A DNA stretch of 62,546 bases, counting the filler, from Sphacelaria rigidula (lineage: Eukaryota), in NCBI GenBank assembly GCA_964200075.2. It is 11 parts of 11 records of this genome, joined end to end, with 100 filler letters (N's around TTAATTAATTAA, not from the genome) between each part and the next. Parts side by side here need not be neighbours in the genome. Positions count along the whole stretch, not along the records: positions 5,697 to 11,292 come from CAXNAA020025999.1; positions 11,393 to 16,988 come from CAXNAA020026000.1; positions 17,089 to 22,684 come from CAXNAA020026001.1; positions 22,785 to 28,379 come from CAXNAA020026002.1; 7 more parts are not named here. The stretch is one strand, 5' to 3'. The position numbers and the translations under genes were made by a program. The notes below the pieces were generated by a model that worked only from the letters and a program-made list of their open reading frames with translations, was not told the origin of the DNA and did no database searches. Below are positions 10,887 to 23,424 of the stretch, in pieces. Within the stretch, counting starts at the first letter, position 1. Each line of letters begins with the position of its first letter.

Positions 10887-11392
10887 ACGTGTGGAGTGAT
10901 AAGCATGAAATTGGTTATCGAAGTCATATAATGCCTTGGCGTGCTTTCTTGTTTTTCTGCTAATGAACTGGAACAAATCGGACATCCGGAAAAGAGTGAA
11001 CAATTATATTCGTGATATAGTTATGGCAGGGTATAACAGCAAGTTGTGCGAATTGAGGTTTAACTTCGAGATGAGGTTCAAGTGGGCAACCCGACTTGTG
11101 AACGTTTTGTAGTAGAAGTACCGAGGACAAGCTCTTATTCGGAATAAGTAATCTGTGGAGGTAAACCCATGACGCGTCGTATTCAGTACGTCGAAGAATG
11201 GAGAGAAGTAAGTCGGGTGAGCACTCTTGTTACTCTACGCCACAGGAAAAAGTGGGAGCGCGCGGATCCCATGTCCTGCGATACCCCCCCCCNNNNNNNN
11301 NNNNNNNNNNNNNNNNNNNNNNNNNNNNNNNNNNNNTTAATTAATTAANNNNNNNNNNNNNNNNNNNNNNNNNNNNNNNNNNNNNNNNNNNN

Positions 11393-11545
11393 ACAAAGCC
11401 GGGACGGAGCACGCCGGATTCTCGCCGGACCAGGCTTCGGAGGTGGGGGGGGGGGGGAGATACTCATGATCCTGCATTCCGTAGTTCAATGACCGTTGAC
11501 TCGTGTTCCTAAAAGCTGGGACGGAGCACGCCAGGTATTCGCCAT
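11393..11545 (-). repeat. Two tandem fragments of the poly-C-tailed retroposon-end family
   Basis: AAAGC(C/T)GGGACGGAGCACGCC occurs twice, around a poly-G run. Its reverse complement matches 42770-42810 and 48720-48760. Confidence 0.65.
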
Positions 11546-12442
11546 CAGTCTTGCAGTCATCAAGCGCGAAGCGCCGTGATGTGTTCAAATAGTCGCATGA
11601 AGGGTGACCTGCGTCCTGCTAACACTGTTCGGTCCGAAGCTTAATCATGATACTGCATGTCGATGGCAGCCTACAATGAGTTGCTTCCTTTTCTGCTATC
11701 ACCACTTCCGGAGACATCCACGGGTTACAGTGCCTCATGGGGGCCTCATCATATAAACACTACGTAGTATGATCATCCCCTTTGGGCGGAGTTCGGGTTG
11801 TCCACCCCTCACGTGATCTAACTCGATCACTATCATGGTTACCGCAAAAGACACAAGTGAGAGAAAACAAATCAGTAACCTGGTTGACTAGCTTACGCCG
11901 TGAGTGGTGTGTTTTACGGCGTCGATGCCAACCGACGCCAAACCTCAAGGAGGACGACGGGGGGGGGGGGGGGAAGTAGGGTGGATTCTTTCCCAACGGC
12001 TCTACTTGTCAGTTTATGACAACTGTACTATCGGTGACCCGAAGAACTAGCCGCGCTTGGAGCTTGATGTGATCGTCGCACATGAAACGATTTGCCACGA
12101 AATCTGGTCCGTGGTCACAAGATGCACGTGACCCCAAGGTGAACCGAACGGCAAACCTTGTGTCCTCATTTTTTGTTTGTTGTCCTGGTGGCATGAATTC
12201 CTGAGGTGGGAAGGGGAAGTGTATGTACTCGAAATTTAATATGATTCCTTGCATATATGCCGTACCTATGTTCGAGATTTTTCGCGAAGAATGATTCATC
12301 GTGTTTAGTTTCTACTTGAAAGCGAATCGATATTCGATAGCTAGGAAGCGCCCCGTCTTCATTTTTTCCCCCCTCATTTTTCCCGCCACCAGCCATTTAT
12401 TCTTCCTCAACCTTATTCTCCTGTTATTCACACCATGAACAG

Positions 12443-12601
12443 GCGTATTGCGAGGTGGAGGTGATGAAGATGTACATGCCCCTATGCGTACGCGAGGCGG
12501 GCGTTGTTCGGTGGCATCTGTCGGAAGGGGCAGCGCTCAACCCTGGAGATCGCCTGGCCACCCTGGAGCTCGACGACCCTAGCGCGGTCACTATGGCAGA
12601 G
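12443..12601 (+). CDS. ACC: Acetyl-CoA carboxylase (multidomain eukaryotic type), internal exon with the biotin-carrier domain
   Basis: AG|AYCEVEVMKMYMPL...GAALNPGDRLATLELDDPSAVTMAE|GT. It contains the EVMKM biotinylation motif. 159 nt, phase 0/0. Not in the ORF track. Confidence 0.9.
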
Positions 12602-12871
12602 GTGTGTGCGTGCGCCTCGAGTTGGCGTTAGTGTTAGCGTTAGTGTTAGCGTTAGCGTGTTTTTAAGAATGTGTCAACCACGGATAAGTTGGAGGCGAAT
12701 TGGGGTGAGCCCACTTCCAATATTTACTCAAAGCGTTGTTAGAAACTTGCATGCACAGGCTACACTTTTGTTCTTATGCATCAGTATCATATACTCTCGT
12801 AGAATCATGCAAAACCGACAGAATGGTTGATTCCTCTTGCCCCCCCGCTCTTGCCCGCCCATGCGAAACAG

Positions 12872-13099
12872 GTTTTTGAAGGTGTGCTCTCGCCCGCCCT
12901 ATCTACAGACGACGGTACCCAAGCACCGAAGGAGTCCACCGCTAACGGTGCTGCGTCTTTGCCGCCTGCACCAGCGTCATCAACGGCCGCAGCTCAGAGC
13001 ATGGTCGGGGCTGTTGAGGACAACGGTGGTGATGAGAAGCCGCACGTAACCCTGAGAAATGCTCTAGCGGTGTTGGGGGTGGTGCTCAGCGGCTATGAG
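12872..13099 (+). CDS. ACC: Acetyl-CoA carboxylase exon (linker and start of the central domain)
   Basis: CAG|VFEGVL...EKPHVTLRNALAVLGVVLSGYE|GTGTGT. 228 nt, phase 0/0. Matches the ACC central-domain start K.H......L.....GY. Confidence 0.8.
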
Positions 13100-15111
13100 G
13101 TGTGTGTGTACGTGCGTCTGTGTGCTGTTTTTCTCCATACTTGTAATAATGCCTCCATTCCCCTCTTCGGGATAAGTCTGTAGTCTCAAGGGATTAGCCC
13201 ATCTCTCCCCCCCAGTGCGTTACGCCTGCCTGATGATTTGGGGGAGAGGTGCGTTTGTTTGGCGTGTAGTGTTTGTGTGTGCTGCTTCAACTGGACGTTG
13301 TTGTGCTGTGCAGAGCACGTTCCTAGCGTTCGTGGGGTTTCACGAGTCGGGTCCTACAAGCAACCTCCACAAGGGGGTCTTCTCCCCTTCAGCGGGCAGC
13401 TTGCTGCAGTTAACCCGGTCCCACGGAGATATCACTTTTTTACCCTAAACCCACTTGTTGGTGCTCCACACTACTGCAGTATATCCATCCACGAACCTAG
13501 ACTCGACACCTTAAGCACCAAAAATGTCCTCAAGGCATAATAGTCAGTCTTCCGTGGGACCGTACTTAGTGATGCTTCTCGCATCCACTGCTTCATCTTT
13601 TTCTGCTCTTGTGTAGTGGTGGGAGGTTTTTGCACTTTTGTGTAGCCGTGCAGCAGTACCTTCCTAGTGGTGTGTTCGGTGGAATCCCAGCTTCGATTCT
13701 CGGATTAGTCACCATAAAACGGATCTGCTGCATGTACTTGAGTGCTATCAAGGCTTGGAGGTAGCAGCTGTTTGAATGTACAGATGGCCGCTTCTAAACA
13801 CCATACTCAGTAACCCACACTACAGAGAGGTACCTGTGGGCGTAATTCTCTCGTGCTGGCTGACCCTTGACCCAAGGTGCTCGCTACAAGTGTCGTTAGC
13901 TTGTGCCCGATGTTGATGTGGCGACAGCAGTATGAAACAAGTCCCAAGATTGCAGAGTCATTGTGTCTTTTATTGATTGCTGGGGCTAGGGTTGTCTTGG
14001 TGTGTGTTGCGAGTGTGGAATGAAGCTCTGGCTGTACCTGAGGTGATGCTTGACGACCGTAAGATGTGTCACGTTCAGGCATTCGTCTTGCAGGTATTCG
14101 GTATTAGTATTATTGTCACATTAGCTCAATCTCCCCGAACCCGTGGTCACAGTACAACGAGTATACCTTCCATACCCGTATGAAAACCATAAAGCCAACG
14201 GAGGAAAGCTCAAGCACGTCGGACTGCGCATGAACCACCTGAGTACCACTGCTTATTAGTGTAATGATCCGGATCACGAGCTGGCTTACGTGGTCGCAAT
14301 ATCCCCCCTGTAGCACTGGACGCCGAGCACGTGAAGCAGCGCGAGGGTAGCCTTTTGGCTTCTCGAACCCCTCTGTCACGTGTTTGGTACTCTTGGAGAG
14401 CGGACCCGAGGAACTTTTTCGATTGATCATGTTAGGTAGCTCATGACCTGTCCCACGCGTGAAAGCTAAAATCGGTAACTCTACACGAAAGAAAAGGCAA
14501 CTCCACAGCAAATACTCCGTGGTAGACCGATCGAACTACGAGAAACCTACTGGAAGCTAAAAACTGTCCCGTCGTGCAACCTCTGTGACTACCTCACCAT
14601 GCACCCGGTGTTCCTACACAGTATAGTGAATGAACACCGAATGCGGTGATCAGTTCAAGACGGATTTGATCCTTGATATTTTGCACGTGTGAGTGTGCGT
14701 TTTTTTCTCAAGACTGTGAGGGAGCTTTGCGTGTGTGTGTGTGGGCGTGGTAGAGCTCTGGCTATGGTGAAAGTCGTGATTCCACTTTGCTTTGGGACAT
14801 ACAAGGTCATTCGTACGTGAGAGGGAACGGGAACTTATTGGTGTGCCAAGTAATAATGACGGGGAGGTTTTTTGCATCATCACCTGTCGGGCCTTCGTTC
14901 CGTTCGCATCGCTGTGTTAGTCTATCTTCCCTTGCCGCATTTGACAGTGCCGCGTTCGCTTCATGTGTTTCAGGGCTGAGCACTATGCTATACAGTGATC
15001 TTTATTTTTTGTACGACGTACCCTATTTTTTTTCTATATATACATACCTTTTTTTTTTCATGCCTTTGGTTGACGCTTCATTTCTTTTTTTATTCTTCTT
15101 CAATATATATA

Positions 15112-15687
15112 CTTCCTTTGTCCCATAAGTCTGGGAAGTTATGTTCGTGCGACCCCGTAACCGTGTCCGATTTGATTTTCGGTCTTTTTATTGCATTCAT
15201 CGGCGTTTTTTAGCTAAATGCATTCGTTCTACAACGTGGGTGTTTGACCCACGCAGCCGTGCGGCCGAGAAAAAGTAGGTCGGTCCGAAAACGGCCATCA
15301 TCCGCTCGTTTTCCCAGGCAGCATGAGATGCCCGAAAATACGAAAAATCACAAAAACAGTAGCCAGAAAATGTGAAAATCGCGAAACGACCATTGATTTT
15401 GGACATGTCCGCGATGTTAACCTACGCACGCCCCATCCAACATGTTGTTTGAATGTAATTGCTAGTGCTCGACGTGAAAACGTCCAATATTGGTCAATGA
15501 TGGGATATACGTGGATCAAAATGGGTCCAAATGGGCATATTCTGATATCATTTTAGCATTGATGTTGTTTTTTCAGCTTCGTTTGCGCTTTATCATCCTA
15601 ACGGACCCAACTATGGGATGATCGGCAACGTTGGGATACCCGTTCGATTTAACGCTCATAACTTCCCAGACTTGTGGGACAGAGGAG
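15112..15687. mobile_element. Stowaway-like (Tc1/mariner-type) MITE in the ACC intron
   Basis: ~31-bp terminal inverted repeats (CTTCCTTTGTCCCATAAGTCTGGGAAGTTATG / CATAACTTCCCAGACTTGTGGGACAGAGGAG), TA on both flanks, non-coding interior. Confidence 0.85.
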
Positions 15688-15951
15688 TATATTCTTCGCT
15701 CGCTTTCTCTTTTGCTCGCTAGCGTTGCGGTTTGAACTGGAATGATTTGACGTGTGGCATGACATTGTGGTATGGCGAACTCGGCTTTTTTTTTTCTCGT
15801 CTAGTATATTTTTTCGATCTAGTAAATTTCAGGTTCACGATGTTTTGTAGATTTCCAAATTGATGACCTCACACTTGTGCTCTCGGTTGTTCCGTGTGTT
15901 TTCCTTCCTTGTGTCGTTTGTTGTATGTGTCGTATATCGCTTGTTGATTAG

Positions 15952-16092
15952 GTGCCGGAGATGACGTACCACCGGGCCCTGGCGAACATGCGCAATTCCC
16001 TGTCGGACGAGCTGTTGCCGTACCACGAGCTGAAGGAGGCGTTGTCGGTTCTCAGCGGAAGAATCGATGCCGGCGTGGCCAAGCAACTACAG
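15952..16092 (+). CDS. ACC: Acetyl-CoA carboxylase exon (central domain)
   Basis: TAG|VPEMTYHRALANMRNSLSDELLPYHELKEALSVLSGRIDAGVAKQLQ|GTATTT. Matches the ACC motif L.D..LP..E.....S..SGRI. 141 nt, phase 0/0. Confidence 0.85.
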
Positions 16093-17523
16093 GTATTTGT
16101 CTATTCCCTATATTCCCGCATCTTTTCGCCGCTTCGTGCGCTGTAGAAGGGCGTAATGGGCATCAAATGTGACTGGCAAACATGCCTTTGGGTTGCCGTA
16201 CAACACAGGTCATGCTAAGGCGGTGATTTTTTCTCGGATAATGAGTTTGTATGAGCGCGATATGGTGGACAAAAACGTGGTCACCCGCGTAGCCCCCCGG
16301 GGCGTTCCTCCGACGAAACGGGGTATCGTGGCATGTACCCTTGGATCTGAAGTACTGTACGCGCCGTGCAGAAGACATGAGCATGCCCCTAGCTCATCAA
16401 CTTCCCCTTGTACTTCATTACCACCTTGTGAAATTGAACAACCAGAAAATCCAAACCGTATTTATTTCTGTTCGAGGATTAGGACACACAACAACGTCTA
16501 CCCAATCTACCTTGTGATGTAGTTATGACGCCACGATTATATATATATATATATATATTTTTTTTTTTACCGACCACCGGGGCACATTTTTTCCTATTGC
16601 GAAATATCTTACTGAGGTGGCTGTTGCTTTACTAGAGGGTGGATTGATTTAATATGAACTTGTTCAACCTTAAGGCTGTTTCGAAGCGAAGACGCCTTGG
16701 CGAGCAGCCTAAGAAAAATAAGAATAATACCTCATGGAGAACCCCGCGAGCAGATGATAGAAGAATAGGCCCATCACATTTTGCGGAATATGTTTTTCTT
16801 GTCTCGATACGACACAGCCTTATCCTAACCCCCAAGTTCCATGCATACCAAGAATCCTCGGGCAAAGCAAGGGGAGGAAAACGGAGTGCATTGTAGGCGA
16901 AGTGTGCACTGACGGAGCGCTTTGAACTGTCACCCCCCCCCCCCCCCCCCCGGGGGCGGGGGTCCGTGCCGACAGGGAGCCGGGGCCCNNNNNNNNNNNN
17001 NNNNNNNNNNNNNNNNNNNNNNNNNNNNNNNNTTAATTAATTAANNNNNNNNNNNNNNNNNNNNNNNNNNNNNNNNNNNNNNNNNNNNCCTGGTTATGGC
17101 GAAGAACCGGGAATAACGGGGTTTGTGGCCGCTTTTTTTCGAGTTGCTGTTGCGCCGCCCCCCCCGGGGGGGGGGGGGGGGAGGGGGGGTATAAACCGTT
17201 TTCCAGTCTGTAGGGCCCCTTGAGCTGGGCGGTCACTCTGCTATAATAGAAAATAACATCGCTCTGTAGCGAGACACCCTATGGATAATAACAATCTAGA
17301 CAAAACTCAGTCACATTTCGCTGTCGGCGTTGCAACGAGCTGAAATTTTTTGCCAAATAAGATATGAGGCACAATCAACCAACCCATGCCGCTGCGTTTG
17401 GGGCCCCTCGTCGCCGCAGTGCGCAACGGGGTGACAAGAGGTCACATTTTGTTCCGTTTTTCTAAATATTAGACCACGACTGTACTTCGTTGACTGTGCA
17501 ACAGACAGTATCGGAGAACCAAC

Positions 17524-17928
17524 CTGGATCACTTTTCCTCCGCCTAACTCCTGTATTTGCTCCACCACCACATCTCGGAGCGTATCCGGCACCCCGATCT
17601 CCTCCTGTTCATCTTCCGCCTGACCTTCCGCCTTTGCCGTCGAGCCTAACACTAACAACGATGATGATGACCACCGCGCCCCCGCGCTACTATCTTGTGT
17701 GTGCCCGGACGCGTGCGGCGCTTGTGGATACGAAACATGAACAACATGCGTCGAGGTGGGTATGGGTTGCCTCAAGACAAAACTGTGTGTCTGTCGTGAC
17801 AAGAGGAGGTTGAGCAATACGCAGTAACACGCCGCTGGTGGTATTGGTGTTGCTGCTACTACTGCCGGCCTTACGCGACGCCTTCGCGAGACACTATTCA
17901 TGGCAGAGATATCCATAGGTGTGTTCAC
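17524..17928 (-). CDS. Probable first exon of a plastid-targeted protein of unknown function
   Basis: Hydrophobic signal-like stretch CYCVLLNLLLS, then THS-FVL (ASAFAP-like), a Ser/Pro-rich transit-like segment, acidic mature start, and donor CAG|GTTGGT after ...GGGKVIQ. The start codon is uncertain. Confidence 0.55.
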
Positions 17929-18180
17929 TGGCTGTACACACAGCTTCCGAGACTGGCTCTCGTAACACTGTCCAAAATTTGGCCAAGGTGAGTCTGCTCA
18001 TACCCACGGTCGGCACAACAAAACTTCAAAACTTATGGTGGGGTGAAATATCCCAGCAAACGAGAGCTTTTTGAAGCACAGCAAGGATGAAACTAACATG
18101 GGGAAAAGAGCCGCAAGAACCAAGGGGAACGGCATGGAGGCACAACTTGTCGTCGTCATCGCCGTCGTCGTTGTAGGAGC

Positions 18181-18237
<57 letters not shown>
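18181..18237. repeat. (GTA)n trinucleotide microsatellite
   Basis: Direct reading; it explains the poly-V and poly-T ORFs. Confidence 0.95.
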
Positions 18238-20992
18238 CGTCGCCGCCGCCATCGCTGTTCTTCTGCGCTGCTACTGCTTTTATCCTCCGATGCAGCTGAA
18301 AACATTAAACTGACAGTCATACCGTTTTCGACCCCCCTCCGGTCGTTGACGAGTAAATACCTGCAGCAAGTATTGTAACTACTGTACTGTCACGGAGCCA
18401 ACAGTGCGTGTTTGGAAGTGTCTCGCGAAGAATTGTGAGCCGTGCACGAAGCCCGAGTGGCGCAGGATGGTCATTCTGATCAGTCACGGTCGTCAAAATG
18501 AGCACTCTTGTTCCGGTAGAGGTAGACAGCTGGTAGACACATTCGCCGTCTACCCAAGGGTCTACCCTCAAATCTCATCTTGATGACCAAATCAACCACA
18601 GGATATAAAACCAAAATGGAGGTGTTCGAGCATCTTCGGTACACTGACTTCTGAGTCTGTCTGTTCAGTATATTGCCTGAGCGTCCTACTAGCTCCACAC
18701 CCCCATCTGGTATAAACCGCCATGTCGCAACACGCGAGCAGCGGCCACAAGTATCCTACGCGCGGTGATGTAGACAACTACTTCGACGGTGAGGCGACCG
18801 CCATCGCCGAGCAATTGCTCTACGGTAGTCCGGGGCGTTCGCAGCGGTAGTCATGGTGCGACATCCAAACGCACGCTGCGCGTACACTCGGTACGTTCAA
18901 CACTGCAAGATCCGGTACGCGCCAGACCGCACGTGCAGCCGCGGCACGATACACTACAGACTGCGCAGCAAAAGTATGGGGCTTAATAATCAGGTGGTCG
19001 ACAATCACACCACCGTCTGTGTTACGACTCTCACAACAATGTGCCTCTCATGCACTCCCGATCCCTTCCGCCGTAGAGTACCGCGTTTTGAGCCGTGACA
19101 AAGGAATGATTGTGTAAACCCGAAAAGTGGAGTGTCTACCTCAGTCTACCGGAGGGGGTGTCGCTGTCTAAGGGTTCAACCGACTGGCTCGGCAGAACTG
19201 CACCAAGTAGTCGGTACCCCAAGAAGGTGTCTGCAAAGGTGCAGCTATATTGAACAAAAGTGAGGGCAAGCAAACACGCTGCTGCCCACGGTAATTATGC
19301 ATGCTAGCGTTTGGCATACTAGTTACAGTACGGCACTTCGGTCCTGGCCAATGTGGTGGTACACATACACTATTGACGCACGTCCTCTTAAGGTACAGTC
19401 AGTGCAGACGGTCTTCATCAGCCCTTGATCAATATGTCATACACGGCGGACTGGTCGTTACATGTTGGGACACTACGAAACGAGTAGACGTCCTCTTCCT
19501 GCTGTGTGCAGTGAACAAAAAGGGCCACTACGGAGTGCCCCCCCCTCCCCTTCCTCCACTCCTCTACCTGGGGAGCCTGGCATCCACCGAAAATTCAAGT
19601 CGACGTCGACTTTTAACTTCGCTAAGAAGCATCGTAGGCGGTAGTGCTACGTACGATTTTCTCGGTCGATCGGCGACGATGATGAGAAGATGAGATGGCG
19701 ACCAACGCGCGACGAACCGGCATTTATTCCGCCGCGTGTAGTTGAAGCTAATATTATTCCGAAAATGGCATATGCTTTAATTTTACAGTATCTCAAGAGT
19801 ATTGTTCGCTGCAACCAATCGCGACCAGGAAGTGAAGAGAACTGGTACCATACCTGGACATCAGTGGGTAGCGTTCGGGTGTGTGCTGTGCATGCAAGTG
19901 GAAACTGGATAGAGAAAAAGAGGGTGTGACCTTGTGCGGCCTGGAGAGAAGACGTGTAGGAGGATCAAGGAACCGCAACTGTAATTTGTGTCTGGCCACA
20001 GCATCGACGTGAACTTGATTACAAAACAAGGCGCTGACTGTGTGACAACTACAGGGTCTCCCCTGTGCATCGACCAGGAGAACAGAGGCACTGCGACGCC
20101 GTCCTGCCATGGGATGTGTGGGTTCCCGCCCACCAGAGATCGACAAGTGAGTATTGAGTTCATGTAATTGACAAATGCACAAGCTGTAGCACTCCGTCAC
20201 GGTCGCATTGTCTGTACTTTACTTGTCACACAGCAGGTTTTCACGTGCCCACCACGCTAGGATAGATAGCACATCCCTGAGTGGCATTTCCTACAGCATA
20301 CTCGTTCAAAGATTAGACTTGCCCCCTCCGAAGTTGATGAACCAATGCCGGCGCTATGTATGGGGTTTGAACTGTCCGCACTTGCTCTGTTCATGCGCGA
20401 TGAGTTTTGGTTCCATATACAAACTCTCCACGTTCGAGCAAATATGGTTTTGCTCAAAATGTCATGACTGGGCACCCGCACGTTGAGGTGCATGGGGTAC
20501 AGGCAGTACAGTTGTTGGGTTTCATGGGAAGCCCTGGCTTAGACTGACGAGTTCTTGTATCGCACTACGGACAGTATTCGCCCGCATCGTCAGCCTTAAC
20601 TTTTTGTGTACGGTTTGGCCCATTATTACGACATTGCTTCTTTGGAGATCGCCGAAATTGTCGGGACTGACAGAGAAAGCGATGATTCTCGGATTCTTGC
20701 GAGCGCCGCGGCGTTTTTACAGGGCAGCTCTCTGAAGTGCTGCGTTGCAGTCGTTATTTTAGGACTTGTCCGAAAATGAAGCTTCGGAGAAAAACTCCAG
20801 GGCAATACGAGCTGGGCCGGCAGTAAACCCAGCATTCTCTATCGTCACCGCAACTCTTCAAGTTCCCCAAATCAGCACGACCTGAGCATATCGCTGTGAA
20901 CTGCAGACTAACCTGGTAACATAAGGCACCGCCGCTGCTCGATTGGTGCACTTTTGGCGATGGTGTTTTTGTACTGCATGGAGTATCGAGTA

Positions 20993-21991
20993 CAATGGGA
21001 GACTCTCAGTAGTGCCGGTTGAATAGTGCTAACAACCTATAAAATGCGGGTAAAATCTCCGGGCACAGCCAGAGCCCGCAGTAGTGCCGGTTTGAACGGT
21101 TTTGTACCTACCCTCAACAGTGCCGGTTTTTGTATCCTGGAGAGGGCAGCCCAGGACAGTGGGAATTCAAAGGCAGCCTTGTACCTGTCCGAAGCAAGGA
21201 TGGAGATGATTGCAGCGTATGCCAACAAGCGAACGCGCCAAGCAGACTTGAGAGAGTTTTTGCCGACGGAATGAGGAGAGAGATGCGGGGGCTAATGCAA
21301 GTCATAGTTGGTTTCTTTGGTGGTTGCTTTACTGATGTTTTCTATCGGGTGGCCCGTAGCATCTACGCCCGAGCACAGCCACGGGAGTAGTCGTGTCTAG
21401 TTTGCTGCATCGGTGTTTTTTTTTCGACGTCGTTTGTTTCTCTCTTTCCTTGTCTCGGTAGCCGGTAGGAAGTGAAAAGGGGTATGGTTCATTCCTTTTC
21501 GCTCACCCTTTTTGGTGGGCGGCGTACTCTTTCGTGAGTTTTTTTCCACACCAGATGCCGCACCTTCATAGTTGCGTTGGGTGCAGATGTGTCCTGTTTT
21601 TCTTGTCGGGAAGGTCTTTCAGCATGAGCAACTTTTGTGGCCGTACTGCTACTGTTGTGCCAGTAGGGAAGGAGATGATCAACCTGTGAGCAGAATCAAT
21701 CAAGTTGAATGTGAAGAACAAGAAAACATCGGGTTTACTTCTGCTACCCCGAAACCTTACGTGACGTATCCTATCGAAACCCCTTGAAACAAAGGTCCTC
21801 GTCCGTTTTGTGCTTCCGTTGGTCCAACGAAGAGCAAGGGTAGCACTGTACGAACGGACGGTCGTCAGTAGTGCCGATTCTGGCACTACTGAGGTATTCA
21901 GAGCCTTCAATTGCACCTGTTTTGGCATTTTTCAGAGTAGTGCCGGTGTCCGTGGTGGGCACATACCGGCACTACTGAGAGCCCCCCACTG
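20993..21991. mobile_element. Non-autonomous Tc1/mariner/pogo-type DNA transposon (~1 kb)
   Basis: 27-bp imperfect TIRs (CAATGGGAGACTCTCAGTAGTGCCGGT / ACCGGCACTACTGAGAGCCCCCCACTG), TA target duplication, and internal copies of AGTAGTGCCG. Confidence 0.85.
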
Positions 21992-23004
21992 TACGTCCCA
22001 ATTCTTGTGCGATAGCTTGTCTGGAGACGTTTTGTTTCATAAAATGCGGTAGAATCACGATAGACCGTTGCGTCGCATAGGCACACCCACACCTGACATG
22101 CCCAGGCAAGAGCACACTGGTCGGGCTGCAAGATGGCATCAAGCTCGTCGTCGTCGTCGTTGTTGTTGTTGTCTCACATTCAAAACCGTTCCGATATCTG
22201 CGCGGTACATAAGCTCCATAATGGGAGAGAGCTTCCGAGCCAACTGTCGTATATCACCCCACGAGGGAGAAGTACTACTTGAAGCTGCGCTATACCCCCC
22301 CCAAAAGCAAGACCATCATCGAAACATCGAGATCGTTTGCAACCCAGAGGTGCGAGAGAGTATGCACGACTAGTGTGCACACACGAACGTCTTTGTCGTG
22401 TCTGGGTTCGAACTCGTAACCTGTGTCATTTGAGGTTGTTGTATTAGTTTGGCCGCCAGGGTCACACAAAAAGTGCCACGCGAACCCCACTTTTACGTAT
22501 TTTTGGCTGAAATTTTACAAGGATGTGGTTGCCGCGAGTGCCCGTATGTGTCGCAGCGTTATCGTCGTTTTTATCAATTTTTGAGGGAGTTATAGCTTTT
22601 TCCCTGTTTTTGCTGAAACTTCCACAGGCACCGTAGGTAAGGTACCGTACCGAGCGTACCCCCGGTATTTACCGGGGTATCCCANNNNNNNNNNNNNNNN
22701 NNNNNNNNNNNNNNNNNNNNNNNNNNNNTTAATTAATTAANNNNNNNNNNNNNNNNNNNNNNNNNNNNNNNNNNNNNNNNNNNNAAAATGGACACAATCC
22801 CGGGGAGCGGTTGATTCTCATTTCAAAATACGTTCTCATTTTTCTGGCAACCCTGTTAGTGCCTGATGTTTGGTTTCAGGCTGCATGCAACGCCTCATAA
22901 GAGGAGCGGCATATGGGCGATATTGGCGGAAACGAACCCAAGCGTGGGAATCATCAGCTGCTCTTCATGGTCGGCTTTCTTTCATATCGATTTACATTGT
23001 AGCC

Positions 23005-23330
23005 GGTCGCCGTGGCTCGGTTGGTAACCTCGAAACATTTTGACGGTTGGGTCGTGGGTTCAAGTCTCAGAGCGATCTGGAATTGTTTCTCGATCCATGC
23101 CCAACAGTGGAGAGCGACCATGTCGTGGGTACACAAAAAATCGAGTTCACGATCGACGAGGGGAAAGGACTGCTGAAGCACTCTCGCGTTAAAAAATAAG
23201 GCAAGCACCGCAGAAGGAAGGTAGAGTACTAAAACGAAAAGAAGAAGGAAAAAGCTCCTATGTTGGCCTTCCTCTTGTGTGACCCCGGCTGATGCGCCCA
23301 CATATACCGGGAGGTGTAGGCTGGCGTCAA
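23005..23330 (+). mobile_element. tRNA-derived SINE-like element, copy 1
   Basis: A-box-like GTGGCTCGGTTGGTA and B-box-like GGGTTCAAGTC. The ~320-bp body aligns by eye with 46721-47046. Confidence 0.75.
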
Positions 23331-23424
23331 AAACAAAGGGGGTTACTAACTGAGCCGCGGTACCTTGTCCACGACTATTATACTATACAGTCGTAAAAGC
23401 TGGATTGCCGCTGGAGTGATGCTA

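Noticed and set aside
17998..18313. Poly-Thr and poly-Val proteins
   Set aside because: Translations of the (GTA)n microsatellite.
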